In this document: one piece after another, positions 63,221 to 64,000 of the stretch | How positions within the stretch are numbered: the first letter of the stretch is position 1 | How the letters are laid out: each line of letters begins with the position of its first letter | Assembly: GCF_001194135.2 (NCBI RefSeq) | Contig: NC_069000.1 | Span: 33,599,032 to 33,663,031 of the forward strand | Origin: Octopus bimaculoides | Lineage: Eukaryota | Direction: 5' to 3' | DNA: 64,000 bases | Made by a program: the position numbers and the translations under genes | The notes under the pieces: generated by a model | Told to the model about the DNA's origin: nothing | Database searches by the model: none | Seen by the model: the letters and a program-made list of their open reading frames with translations, nothing else

Positions 63221-63863
63221 TGTATAAAAGATTACTTCGTTCTTGTAGTTAACTTGCAAGATTCTTGATGTAAAATTGATTGAAAAAGATTTTGTTGTAT
63301 CTCATTATGCCAATATTCGTGTTCTTTATCGTAGTCCGGTAAATATTAAACTCCTTTAACCAAAAGCTCGAAATTTGATGTTGATAACGTCAACAGAGAC
63401 TCAAAGAACGACGCTGAATATTCGTGAAAAATAATGAGCGCAGATAGGATGAAAGGAAATGGTCCCACTTAAGATGCTTAAGTAACATACATCGCTTTGC
63501 TATTATTAGTAGCAATCCCTTTACAGAACTTAAGTATTATTTTAAACATTATCATTCTAACATAATGAAAGTATTTTGAGCTTGGCGTCCACTTTCAAGT
63601 ATTTTGTAAATTTCTAGTCAGAAAAAAAATTTCAATTTTAACATGCCAATTTTTAACGTACATCCCATATACTTACATGCATACATATATACAAAAGCAT
63701 ACATACATGCATATATACATTAAGAAAAAAGAGCTGGTTAGAATTTTGGATAACACATAAAATCTGCACACCAAACAATTTATGTGTGTGTATATATATA
63801 TATATATATATACACACACATACATACACATGCATAAACATATATAGATATATGTATCTAATC

Positions 63864-63898
<35 letters not shown>

Positions 63899-64000
63899 CA
63901 TAAAAATATATAGATATACGTATCTAAGCATATATATATATGCATAAAAATATATAGATATATGTATCTAAGCATATATATATATATATATATATATATA

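Overview
AT-rich, gap-ridden animal genomic DNA with dense (TA)n/(CA)n/(TTA)n/(GATA)n microsatellites. The repeat landscape suggests an octopus or other coleoid cephalopod scaffold (inference, not proven). Only two host genes are supportable, and they converge: the last coding exon of an omega-class glutathione S-transferase (+, 3450-3712) and a 75-aa hydrophobic small membrane protein with one coding exon (-, 29949-30176). The rest is a transposon graveyard: several SINE families, RTE and restriction-like-endonuclease LINE remnants, a Penelope-like element (PLE), four mariner copies, a maT-like fragment, hAT remnants and MITEs. The most interesting signal is RNA-structural. The window holds several hammerhead-ribozyme (HHR) motifs. 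One is a fully canonical type I HHR (-, 26605-26662) inside a 353-nt unit with 47-bp terminal redundancy, resembling a non-LTR retrozyme. A 344-nt tandem plus inverted-arm element (19586-20333) and an unrelated solo motif (41961-42009) share the same variant core, CCGAUGA-A...A-GAAA, each with a palindromic stem III. Three PLE-terminal-repeat HHR-like motifs and several decayed copies are also present. Fold-back palindromes are frequent, including a ~900-bp hairpin with ~440-bp arms (35009-35910). All folds and alignments were done by eye; no database or folding program was run. Most long ORFs in the supplied track are artefacts of N-gaps and microsatellites.
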